Shown here piece by piece: positions 52,886 to 64,000 of a stretch of 64,000 nt of DNA (positions within the stretch are counted from its first letter, which is position 1; every line of letters starts with the position of its first letter). The position numbers and the translations under genes were made by a program. The notes under the pieces were generated by a model. It was not told where the DNA came from, did no database searches, and saw only the letters and a program-made list of their open reading frames with translations. Origin of the DNA: Octopus vulgaris (lineage: Eukaryota); contig OX597819.1 of the NCBI GenBank assembly GCA_951406725.2, positions 40,052,001 through 40,116,000 on the forward strand. The letters run 5' to 3'.

Positions 52886-54227
52886 CTGTAACAGACAGTA
52901 AGAGTTGACATAACTGGCATAATGTTACATACAATAAATAACACTTTATTCTTCGGGTTCACCAGTAAAATATATACATATATATTTGTTAAGGGCGAAC
53001 CGGCAGCCAAGTCCACAGGTCATCTTACATGACAAAGCAATATTTATTAACTAGAGTACTCAAACCATCAATAATGACAGGTGTTTTACTAAGCTTTGTG
53101 ACAATTACATTTTGGTTTGAATGCATGAATATTCATTTTTTTTCCAATTGAAGGTAATGTTACAAAATGCACATGATGAAAGTTGCTAATGAGAGTATGA
53201 GAATGTGCATAAAATTGCCAAAAATAAGAGGAAAATAAAATTATTTAGCACTCCCTAATTAATAAACAGGTTTCATTAGTTTTAATATGTACAATGTGGT
53301 AGTCAATGATTCACTCATTATTCTACATTAAGTTTCAAAGATGATGTATATGTATTCAATTTCACAAATGTACATCTATATGTAATCAAAACTACCAAAA
53401 TATATACATAATTACACAAGGTTACATGATTTCACAAACAGGTTAAACATGTGTAGCAGGTTTGGTTTAAGCAAAAGTTGCACATTTACAATATATCATT
53501 TGACACATTCCATGCAAAAGGTACACATTTTCAAAGAAGACAGCAGAACAAACTTTGAAATACGAAAAAAAACTAAACACAATGACTTCAGCCCAAGTAA
53601 GAATAATTTAGAACTCGTGTCAAATGAGTTAGAGAGTAAATCATATAAATTGGCACAAATTCAACAGCTTTAAATATATAGTGACGCTACTGTGGAAGTT
53701 TCAGCATGCATGCGCAGAATTGGATTACAGTGTTTTGATGCGATCAGTACCGCATCCCATCTACAAAGGATTAATAGGCACATGGCTAAAATCACATTTT
53801 CATGCCCCCCTATTAAAAAAGGCCTATATCAATAAACAACCAGTGAGTCAGTCCTGTCCTGGATGCACATGTAGAGATAAATCCAGATACCACAACCATC
53901 TTTCAACCATCAGACACTGTGAGAAGGGACATATAACAACCCTTTCAGCATTAATCTGGAAACCTGAGGACAAGAACTGTGCTACATCAAATGGAAAATC
54001 TTTCCTAAACCAAACACTATATTAACAGGTCAGGTAATGTTTGATATGTTCCCTTGAAAAAATTGTATCTTTTAAAAAAACTTAAGTACCTCTAATGAGT
54101 GTGTGAATACCAGAAACAAGACATTTTCTTTATGCCTGCATTTTTAAAAATACATCTTAATGGAAATTAAAGAACAACCACCAGACACATCATAAACCAT
54201 TCCAGTCTGGTTTATATAATTTTGATA

Positions 54228-54625
54228 TGCGCAGGAGTGGCTGTGTGGTAAGTAGCTTGCTTACCAACCACATGGTTCCGGGTTCAGTCCCACTGCGTGG
54301 CATCTTGGGCAAGTGTCTTCTACTATAGCCTGGATGTGAGTGGATTTGTGAGACGGAAACTGAAAGAAGCCCGTCGTATATATGTATATATATGTATGTG
54401 TGTGTGTGTGTATGTTTGTGTGTCTGTGTTTGTACCCCCTAGCATTGCTTGACAACCGATGCTGGTGTGTTTACGTCCCCGTATCTTAGCGGTTCGGCAA
54501 AAGAGAGCGATAGAATAAGTACTGGGCTTACAAAGAATAAGTCCCGGGGTCGATTTGTTTGACTAAAGGCGGTGCTCCAGCATGGCCGCAGTCAAATGAC
54601 TGAAACAAGTAAAAGAGTAAGAGAG
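54228..54625 (+). mobile_element. Full-length CORE-like tRNA-derived SINE
   Basis: Near-identical to 48336-48735. Confidence 0.88.
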
Positions 54626-55374
54626 AGAGAGAGAGAGTATCCCTAAGACACTGGTTATGTTTGCTGAGGGGTTTATTATCTCCCCTGTGATATTTGCACA
54701 GTTTTTTCTTAATGCCATATTCTCATTCAAACGTCATTCACATCAAATGCAGTTATAACAAACCGTCGTGTATCTTGATAAATGATGGAATAAACTATTC
54801 CATCAGGGAAACTCTGGGTGGTTGTATTTTGCAAGGCTTGTGGTTTTTATCATAAAACATATATTTATATATATGTATGTATACATGTGTGTTGTGTGGG
54901 AGGCAGCAACCATAAATAACAATGTGAAGAATAGTATTATTTAAAAGTTTGCTTCAGTGTTGTGCATCAAATATATCTCAAAATATCTTTTTGCTTACCT
55001 GCACAGAATGAATTTCACCTATCTATTTAAACATTTAAAACACGTTATGTACATACCTTATATCTAATGGTAACAGACTTGTATCCAAATTATGTTCCAA
55101 AACAACTAACTCACACAACATCTTCAAAGTTGGAGCTGAAATAACACAAAACAGATTATATATCAGCAGTGTTCAAAACACCAAAACTGCACTATTTAGA
55201 GATTCTTTTTTCTCTTCTTCTCACTCACTGTCTTCCTCAAACACACAAAAATAGGAAACATGCTAGGCATACATTCAGACACTCGCAAACACACACATAC
55301 AAACATGATTGTCCTTCATTGTTTCGATAATGGATAGATACTTTCAGTGAAATTTATTTGACTGATTAAGATTG

Positions 55375-55550
55375 ATCTCAAATTTTGGCACAAGGCCAGC
55401 AATTTCAGGGGAGTGAGTAAGTTGATTATATCGGCTCCACCAGAGTTCAACTGGTACTTATTTTATCAATCCCAAAAGGATGGAATGCAAAATCGATCTC
55501 AGTAGTATTTGAATTCACAGCGTAAAGACAGGCAAAATGCTACAAAACAC
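55375..55550 (-). mobile_element. Meta-domain-like SINE, diverged
   Basis: ctggtacttattttatcaatcccaaaaggatggaa. Confidence 0.65.
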
Positions 55551-55554
55551 CACT

Positions 55555-56110
55555 TGACGACAATTCTCTGCTTAGGAAATTGTTTTTCTCTCAGCTGCCA
55601 CCGAATGTCCAATCTATGCTGGCCACAGCAGTTGACTCAAATTCACTCAATCAGATAGCCACCATGGCGGATGAGATCATAGAGTTCACTGTGCAGCCTG
55701 CACCTCACCATACTTGTTCAGACACTGTAATAGCTTCCTCTACTACCACAATATCTTTTCGTTCGTCACGTGACAACATTTTGGAGAGAATAAATGCATT
55801 AGTATGTCACATGGACACATTGTGGAAAGAGCGTGCCAGCTCTCGTTGCCCTCACAACAGAAGCCATTCCAAGTCACGGTCGTCTAGTTCTACTCCAACG
55901 GTTTCAATCTTTGCTGGTACCATGCCACATTCAAGGAAAAAGCCCACCGTTGCATCCAGCCCTGTTCATTCAAGTTGTCAAGAAACTAGTTATGGAAGAT
56001 TTGGGCACGTCACATTCTTCCGGCAATTTTTCATCTCAACGTGCATTCTTTGTTAAGGATCGTGTGTCTAACGAATCATTCACGGTTTACACCAGATACA
56101 GCTGTTCAAG
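55555..56110 (+). pseudogene. Ty3/gypsy gag-protease relic
   Basis: LRKLFFSQLPPNVQSML..LNQIATMADEI, RSHSKSRS, frameshifted CWYHATFKEKAHRCIQPCSF and FFVKDRVSNESFTVYT (degenerate LIDTG). Confidence 0.75.
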
Positions 56111-59100
56111 TACAAGTTTGAATTTCATTGATTGATTGATACTAGTGCATCTCAGACTGAGGAAAATTAAGGCAATAAACCACTGAGAGGAGAAGGTACT
56201 ATCAGCTTTGAAAACTATAATGATGGAACAAGGCCACCCATGTTCTATTAATTAATGGGACATGTGGTGCCTTTGTCATCATGCTAGGGACAAATCGATA
56301 AACAAAGACAAAATATAATCATCATCATGATCATTATTTAATGTCTGTTTTCCATGCTGGTGTGGGTCAAAAGATTTGGCAGGAGCTGGAAAGCCAGAGG
56401 ACATCATTAAACTCCAATGTCTGTTTTAACATGGTTTCTACAGCTGGATGCTCTTCCTAATGCCAACCACTTTCCAGAGTGTACTGGGTGCTTTTTTTTT
56501 TACAGGATACCAGCATTAGTTATGTGACCAAGTAACTTGCAAGACAAGATCACTCAACTATGGTGGGGGAACAGGAATAATATTGAGGGAGGTGGCTTTG
56601 TGCTAAGTGACAATACACTTAAGTATCTCAGAGGATCAAGAACAGGTTTGTTGCTATAGGAGAGATACAAGGTTACCCATATTGAAAGAGAAGCTGTGGA
56701 GGGCATACCTTCAAGTTGCAGGGAGGTGAATATAAGAGAAGTGGTATGATTGGATAAAATCATGGGAATGTGAGAGGCAAGTAAGCAGATGAATAGAGGG
56801 AAATGCAATAAGTGGTGGACACTCATAAATATCAGTTGGAGGGAAACGTGTAAGAAGTAAGTGTGGGTCAGGTGATGGGTGGCAGCAAAAATTATGTGAA
56901 GTGAATGGGGGTGATGTGTAGATGCACAGTGCTGGGGATGAAGTTAGAGGTACATGTGGGTAGAAATGGTGGGAGATGGACAGAGGTAATGGCAGGGTTG
57001 TACAGAAATTGAAGGGTGGGTGTTCAGGGGGCAGACGGCGGGGGGGGGGGGGTGCTTGTGCCCCACTCGAGAACTGTGCCCTTCTAAATAATGTTATTAC
57101 ACCCTTTTCTCTTGGAACTGTATTCCTTTCTGACCTTGTGCCCTCTCTTCAAAAAATTTCTGGGACCACACCTGGTGTTAGGAAGATAAATTGTGTGAGG
57201 GATGGGTATTAGGAAAATGGGTTAGGATTCATCCAGAGCAGATTGAATGCAGGAGCATAGACATAAGAAACAAAATAACATGTAAATGTTGTGTATAAGA
57301 ATGGGAATTTTGTTTAATACAATATACCTTCTTAATTTCTGTTCATAGTGAAATTGCTTCATTCATGCCATCATTGCCTTTGATGAAGGCAGAAAAGACT
57401 ATCACTGATTGCTCCCTTCTATAAATCTAAAGATTACTAATTGTTTTTACAATGTGTACAGCTGGATTATTAGAAAGTGCTCAGAGAAAGCAGAGGTAAG
57501 AGGGACTAAACAGCACAAATGTATAAAAAAAATTATTATTATAGATTATTATCATTATTACCAAAATCCAAAACGTGAAGATCTGAATGGTCATAGAGAT
57601 CCATATCATTTTCTTCATTAGCTTCATTTTGTGGATTGGTAGGGCTACAATAAAGAAAAATGTAACATTAATAACTGAACACATTAAAGCACAATACTTA
57701 GATATTCCCTTAAAGTTTCAATAGTCCATAAAGTTCCAATAATGCTAGATAAAAAGGCAGGCAGACAAACACTTATGGAAACTTGTTTTCATTCGATTAA
57801 ATTTTTCAATATAACTTGTTTTTAACTATATCAAGGTGTAGGCATAGCTCTATGGTTAAAAAGTTATCAACTTCATGGTTTCAGGTTCAATCCCACTATG
57901 TAGTACTTGTGTGTCTTCTATAGTCCAGGGCTAATCAATGTCTGCTGTGAAATCGGAAGCCTCTTATATCTGTGACTGTATATATACCAACATATGTATA
58001 TACATACACACACTGATATATACATTATATATATATATATATATATATATACTGTATTTTATTTTTTTTTTATCTTTACTAATCTTCTTTCTTCTTTCAT
58101 TCTTTCTTTCACTCCTCCTCCTTCTCCCCCCCCCCCCTTTTTTGTCATTCCTCTCTTCCTGTTTTCAATTTAACCATACTAACACACTCCCTATTTCTAG
58201 GTCAGTTTAAATACAAACCTTGAATATGATACACTCTATATAAATTCCCTACTGGGAATGACCAACTTTAAGAGAATCTTACATTGCTTATAAACTCTAT
58301 ATTTGGAAGGACTCATATTAAACTCTGTTGGACTTTTGGATTTTACTCAAAGGATATTGGAATATTACACATACATACCATTATGCCTATAAAATGGATT
58401 TACGAATTCAATACCTATACATAACTTACATCTATTTCTTTCCTCCACCTCACTCTCTATTTTGTATCACATCGAAACTAACTATGACTTAGTTAGTACT
58501 GAGATTCCAGTACAAACAATTAGGAAAAAGAAAAAAAAAACAAGAGTTTTCTCAAGAAAGAATTTTCATGTAAAATTCCTGTCTGAAGGATCTTTCTCTC
58601 TCTAATAAATGCTACCATAGAAAAACATCCTCACATGAATGAACAAATCTGAAGAAATAAAGAAAGATACAAACAAACAAAAACAACTGGAAACAATTCT
58701 GTTGACTCTGTAAATAATTTCAGAAAGCTATACTAACCTTGTGCCACCAAACAGAAATACTCTAGAGCCAATCACACAGCAACATTGTCTCCGACGAGGA
58801 CATGGTCCTTTGCCTTTCACCTTAACCATTGTCCAATGATGGTGAACTATAATAGAAAAAAAAGAAAGCATTTTAGTGTACCTTTAGTATCTTAGCATTC
58901 AGATTACTGTCAAATGTGATGCTTATTCATCCACATTGTTTTGTATTAGTCATGCATTATCTTGTTGCTTTGAGATTTTGATGACGTGATTGTTTAATTT
59001 TAGAATAACATTGTGGGGTATGTGTGAGAGGCCAGATCCAGCCAGCTTGATCCATAGAAATGACTGATTTGGCTCCTGTCAGATGAAGTGATTATCAATA

Positions 59101-59346
59101 TAATGTGATTCCATTCATACATAGCTAACAGATATCAATCAGTACAAATAGCACATCAGTTGATATGTTGCATGTAACAGAGAGAATTTCCTAGTGTATA
59201 CTATCATTGGGGTCAATGTTAAAATCACTGGTGCCACATAAAAAATACCCAGTACATTAAATGGTTGGTGTTAGGAAGGACATCCAGCCATAGAAACCAT
59301 GCCAAAACAGACAATGGAGCTTTGTGCAACCCCAGTCAAACTGTTC

Positions 59347-59647
59347 TATATTTAAGAGATGAGGAATTATGTACATTATTTACATTATTTACATTTGACG
59401 GATATTTGTCCCACAGGCATACGTCATAGTGGTTAAGAGCGCAGGCTACTAAACCCAAGATTCCGAGTTCAATTCCAAGCAGTGATCTGAATAATAATAA
59501 CATCAAAAAATACCTTAGGAATGAGAACCCAGGTTTGAAATTTCCCCAAGACACCTGATGAAGGTTGGAGGGTATATCAGCCGAAACATTGTGTTAACAG
59601 CAAACAAAATGAGGACAAATATCCATCAAATGTAAATAATGTACATT
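59347..59647 (+). mobile_element. tRNA-headed, hammerhead-containing non-autonomous retroelement with an inverted copy of its own 3' end at the 5' side
   Basis: Inverted repeat 59369-59411 against 59613-59646; tRNA-like head 59416-59485 (tagtggttaag; gagttcaattcc); hammerhead motif 59551-59594; ~16-bp flanking duplication ccca(g/a)tcaaactgt(t/c)c. Confidence 0.72.
59551..59594 (+). ncRNA. Minimal hammerhead ribozyme motif; the cleavage-site G is probably lost by CpG decay
   Basis: ACAC-CUGAUGA-A-GGUUG(gagggtatat)CAGCC-GAAAC-AUU-GUGU; stem I is ACAC/GUGU. Confidence 0.62.
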
Positions 59648-60354
59648 AAAGCCCAATCAAACTGTCCAACCCATGCCAGCATGGAAAACAGATGTTAAAT
59701 GATGATCATCGTCTCAGAATTCTGAGGCAAAATTCCACCAAGGTTTGCTTAAGACTTCTCCTTTTCTATGAAGGCAATGAAATAAGTACCAATAAGATAT
59801 AGCCTTTTCCATGGCATGAACAATTCCCATAACATCTAGTGAAAAAAAAGCATTATAAAACTATTTTTTAGAAATACATATAAAAGTAGAGGTTCTATTA
59901 AAATTAGAACTTCAAAACAATATCTAATTATAATGTTGTGGATAAATTTACAAAATTTATTCACTAAAAAGCAATCACCAAATGGTTAATGTGTTGTTCA
60001 AAGCACATTCAACAGTTGTTCTTTAATAAATCCAGCAGTAAAAATTAGCTCTGGAAAATCGTTTAATTCTAAGAACAGATTATCATCATGCGATATCTGT
60101 TTTCCAGACTGACATGGGTTGGAGAGGTTAACACTGACCAAGTCAGTTTCTATTCTTGGTTACTACCCATTTTAGACAATCTAAAAGGTCACATTTTGTC
60201 AAGAAGTAGAGTGTAAACATTTACAGACTCTCACAAATATACATACATGTACGTATGTATGTATATATATATATATCCAACCCATGCTAGCATGGAAAGC
60301 GGACGCTAAATGATGATGATATATATATATATATATATATAAATAAGCGGTACC

Positions 60355-60443
60355 TCTCACGAGATGGATTCGAACCATCGACCTAAGGATTACTACTATT
60401 ATTCAGCTATAGTCCTCTGCTCTGCCAACTGAGCTATCGCGAG
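60355..60443 (-). tRNA. tRNA-Tyr body with anticodon ATA and a 16-nt intron (60391-60406)
   Basis: ctcgcga-ta-gctc-agttggca-gagc-a-gagga-ctATAg[intron]a-tcctt-aggtc-gatgg-ttcgaat-ccatc-tcgtgag-a. All four stems pair; C1:G72 and A73 are present; the intron is at 37/38. Confidence 0.88.
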
Positions 60444-60759
60444 TACCTATATCATCATCATCATTTAATGTCCGTTCTCCATGCTAGCATGGGTTGGATG
60501 GTTCGACCGGGATCTGGGATGCCAGAAGGCTGCACCAGGCTCAAGTCTGATCTGCCAGTGTTTCTACAGCTGGATGGGACAAAGAGAGAGACACACAGAG
60601 GCCTCCACACCATTTCACTCACAAGGCATTGGTTGGCCCAGAACTATAGTAGAAGACACTTTGTCCAATGTGTCACTGTGTGAAACCTGAAACCACACAA
60701 TTACAAAAGAAGCATTTTAATCACACAGCCTTGCCTGTGTTTTTAATTCATTTTTTATT

Positions 60760-61135
60760 TGGTAAGTAGCTTGCTAACCAACCACATGGTTCCGGGCTCA
60801 GTTCCACTGCGTGGCATCTTGGGCAAGTGTCTTCTGCTATAGCCTCGGGCCGACCAAAGCCTTGTGAGTGGATTTGGTAGATGGAAACTGAAAGAAGCCT
60901 GTCGTATATATGTATATATATATGTTTTTGCTTATGTGTTTGTGTGTCTGTGTTTGTCCCCCTAGCATTGCTTGACAACCGATGCTGGTGTGTTTACGTG
61001 CCCGTCACTTAGCGGTTTGGCAAAAGAGACCGATAGAATAAGTACTGGGCTTACAAAGAATAAGTCCCGGGGTCGATTTGCTCGACTAAAGGCGGTGCTC
61101 TAGCATGGCCGCAATCAAATGACTGAAACAAGTTA
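60760..61135 (+). mobile_element. CORE-like SINE, slightly 5'-truncated, A-tailed
   Basis: Matches 54228-54625. Confidence 0.88.
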
Positions 61136-62110
61136 AAAAAAAAAAAAAAAAAAATCAAATCTGTCTTCCATTTAGAACCATTGAGAGTTATTGACATCAA
61201 TATTCTTCTCACTACATTATTCACAGGTCACAACCTCAGATAGACTTCTTAAATATGTAAAATGCTTTCTGCACTGAAAAGTAGGAACAAAGAATTGCCA
61301 GTTGCATTACTGGCAATCATCCAGCAACACTATACCTACACATTAGTAACAGATGCACTGATTTGCAGCAGAGTTGTTAACATGATATCAGCTTTCTCCA
61401 CTTTTACCAACACAGGTTCATGTTCTTGCCAACTTACTAAAATTACAGCTACTTTCCTATTTATGCTAAATCATTACAATTAGACACAAGTAAACACACA
61501 CACACAACCACAAGCACAAAAAAAAAAAAAACATACACAGAACATATGTATTATAATAACAGAAAATACTGAGAAAATATTGATAAATTAAAAAGGGATA
61601 AAAATATAAAACAGGTGTGACCTTGACTTTTTCTCTGAAACCTCAAACAACATCTTTGTAGTTCTTTCATCATCATCATCATTTTAACATCCACTTTTCC
61701 ATACTCTCATGGTCAGACGAAATATGTAGTGGCAGATTTTCTACAACAATATGTCCTACCTGTCGCCAACCTTCACCTGTCTCCAAGTAAGGTAACATTA
61801 CCCCATGCACAGACACTTTCCATGGAAAATTGGATATGAAGGACACTGCTTGTACAATGATGATATTAATTTACACCTATCACATGAAACCACACATCCA
61901 TGCACTTACACATGCACGCATGTACATACACAACAGGTTTCTTTCAGTTTCTGCCTACAAAATCTACTCACAAGGCTTTGGTTGGGCCAGTAGAGGGTAC
62001 TTGCCGTGAGAGTGAACCCAAAATCATATGGTTGGAAAGCAAACTTCTAAACTACACAGCCACATCTGCATTAAAAAACATTTTAAAAAAATGAATGAAA
62101 TGAGCAACCA

Positions 62111-62264
62111 GGCGTGGCTGTGTGGTAAGAAGCTTGCTTCCCAACCATATGGTTCCAGGTTCAGTCCCACTGCAGGGCACTTTGGGCAAATGGCTTCTAC
62201 TATAGCCTCAAGCCAACCAAAGCCTTGTGAGCAGATTTGATAGATGGAAACTGAAAGAAGCCCG

Positions 62265-62341
<77 letters not shown>

Positions 62342-62555
62342 TTTATCCTCCCATCACATCGTGACAACTGCTGTTGGTGTTTACGTCCCTGTAACTTAGC
62401 AGTTCAGCTAAAGAGTGATAGAATAAGTACCACTTCTTATAAAAAAAAATAAAATAAAAAAAAAAGTACCAAGTTCAATTCAGTCAAATTAAAATTCAAA
62501 GCAGTGCCCCAGCATGGCCGCAGTCTAGTGACTGAAACAGGTAAACGATAAAAGA
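62111..62555 (+). mobile_element. CORE-like SINE, older copy
   Basis: Same head and tail, more diverged. Confidence 0.8.
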
Positions 62556-62864
62556 TTTGCTGAAGTCTATCATTCAGTAAAAGCTCAAATAACTATAAAA
62601 TACAAATCAGTTTGTTTTCCCAGATGAGACTAACAGTAACTCAGTCCTCAGTTGTTAGAGTGTCTTAGATTACATAATAATAATATTCTTTTCAACAAAC
62701 AGTTCTGTTTCAGTAGGATAGTTTGGTTAATTTCAAATGATGCAAGGAGTGAAAAGTCTTACATTTTGGGGCCTTGCACTGAGAATGACGAAGTGAGAGG
62801 ATGTAAAATAAATCCTTCATTCCTCACAGCAACTGAACTTATCAAACTGTTCTCTAAACTCTCC

Positions 62865-63210
62865 TCATCATCATCATCATAATTTAGCGTCCGCTTTCCA
62901 TGCTAGCATGGGTTGGACGGTGCAACTGGGGTCTGGGAAGCCAGAAGGCTGCACCAGGCCCAGTCTGATCTGGCAATGTTTCTACGGCTGGATGCCCTTC
63001 CTAACGCCAACCACTCCATGAGTGTAGTGGGTGCTTTTTACGTGCCACCAGCACAGCTGCCAGACGGGGCTGGCAAACGGCCACGATCAGATGGTGCTTT
63101 TTACGTGCCACCGGCACGGGGGCCAGGTGAGGCTGGCAATGGCCACGATCGGATGGTGCTTTTTACGTGTCACCGGCACGGAGGCCCATCGGGGCGGCGC
63201 TGGCAACTAA
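62865..63210 (-). mobile_element. SINE family with (GAT)n tail ('tggttggcgttaggaagggcatccag' type)
   Basis: Related pieces at ~56325-56550, 59230-59340 plus 59650-59708, 60276-60320, 60451-60575 and 63312-63530; internal ~57-bp tandem unit ggtgctttttacgtgccacc. Confidence 0.75.
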
Positions 63211-63701
63211 GAACTAATTCTTGTTGATGCACTACATCATAAGTTTCTTCAGATTTTATACTTCCTTTTCAGTAATTGGATAATCATATAGGTATTATAT
63301 GTGTGTGTTATATCATCATCTTCATCACTACTACCACCACCATTTAATCTCCATTTCCATGATGGTTTGACTGGAGCCAATGAGCCAGAAGGCTGTGCCA
63401 AACACTAATCTCTACTTTGGCATGGTTTCTATTGCCGCATGCCTTTCCTACTGCCAACCACTTCACAAATGTAATGGGTGCTTTTTACATAGCACTAGTG
63501 AAGTCACCACGTGAGTCGCAAGAAAAGACCCCCTCGACTAAGTGGTGGGGTGGTGTAATATTGAGGTGGCTCTATACTAGGTGATGAGTGGTTAATGTAT
63601 GATAGAGACAAAAACAAGTATCATGCAGTAGAGGAAATACATAGCTAACCCAGATTTATATATGTGTGTGTGTGTGTATAGATATATGTGTACATATACA
63701 T

Positions 63702-63797
63702 GGCGGCACATATTCTAAAATTGGAATGATACAGAGAAGATTAGTATGGCTCCTGTGCAAGGATGACACACAGATTCGTGAAGCATTCCATATTTTT
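63702..63797 (+). pseudogene. U6: U6 snRNA pseudogene, 5'-truncated
   Basis: Aligns to U6 from about nt 12 to the end (ACAGAGA box; ..ttcgtgaagcattccatattttt). Several CpG-type substitutions, the AGC triad reads AGT, and upstream is microsatellite rather than a recognisable U6 promoter. Confidence 0.9.
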
Positions 63798-64000
63798 AAA
63801 AGAGAGGGGAAAAAACTACCTCACTTGGCAACAGGCGGGGGTTGGCGTCAAGAAGGGCATCCGGCCATAAAAAGCTTTCCTCACACTTAGCGCTGAGCAT
63901 ATGCACCTACATTTTTAAAGGTGAGGGCATGGCTAGGTGCAGGCATGGCTGTGTGGCTAGGGAGCTTGCTTCCTAGCTACATGGTTTCGCATTCAATCCC

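Noticed and set aside
58785-58850. Hammerhead-like ccgacga-ggacatggt..accattgtcc hairpin
   Set aside because: No GAAA follows the stem and the core is mutated; at best a dead remnant.
59416-59485. Functional tRNA gene
   Set aside because: Acceptor and T stems do not pair properly; treated as a SINE head. The same holds for the heads at ~6160-6232, 19425-19500, 27266 and 27793.

Overview
Repeat-dominated, AT-rich animal DNA. The SINE types and the very dense (TA)n/(TATG)n/(TC)n microsatellites suggest an octopus or other cephalopod, but that is an inference. No host gene can be named with confidence; nearly all short ORFs in the track are microsatellite artefacts. Recognisable content: a near full-length, lightly disabled Tx1/L1-clade LINE sitting inside a (TC)n tract (12.9-18.3 kb); an R4/Dong-like restriction-endonuclease LINE 3' end inside (TACA)n; and three Penelope-like (GIY-YIG) insertions. 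Two of the Penelope insertions form large fold-back inverted repeats and carry hammerhead ribozyme motifs, one of them fully canonical. Also present are two CR1-group LINE fragments (one with apparent clustered A-to-G hypermutation), mariner, piggyBac, Helitron and gypsy relics, many tRNA-derived SINEs, a ~5.8 kb structured hairpin/decamer repeat array, an intron-containing tRNA-Tyr with the unusual anticodon ATA, and a U6 pseudogene. The most interesting candidates are the Penelope/hammerhead/tRNA-SINE system, the possible ADAR-hyperedited LINE fossil, tRNA-Tyr(ATA) and the 31.6-37.4 kb array.
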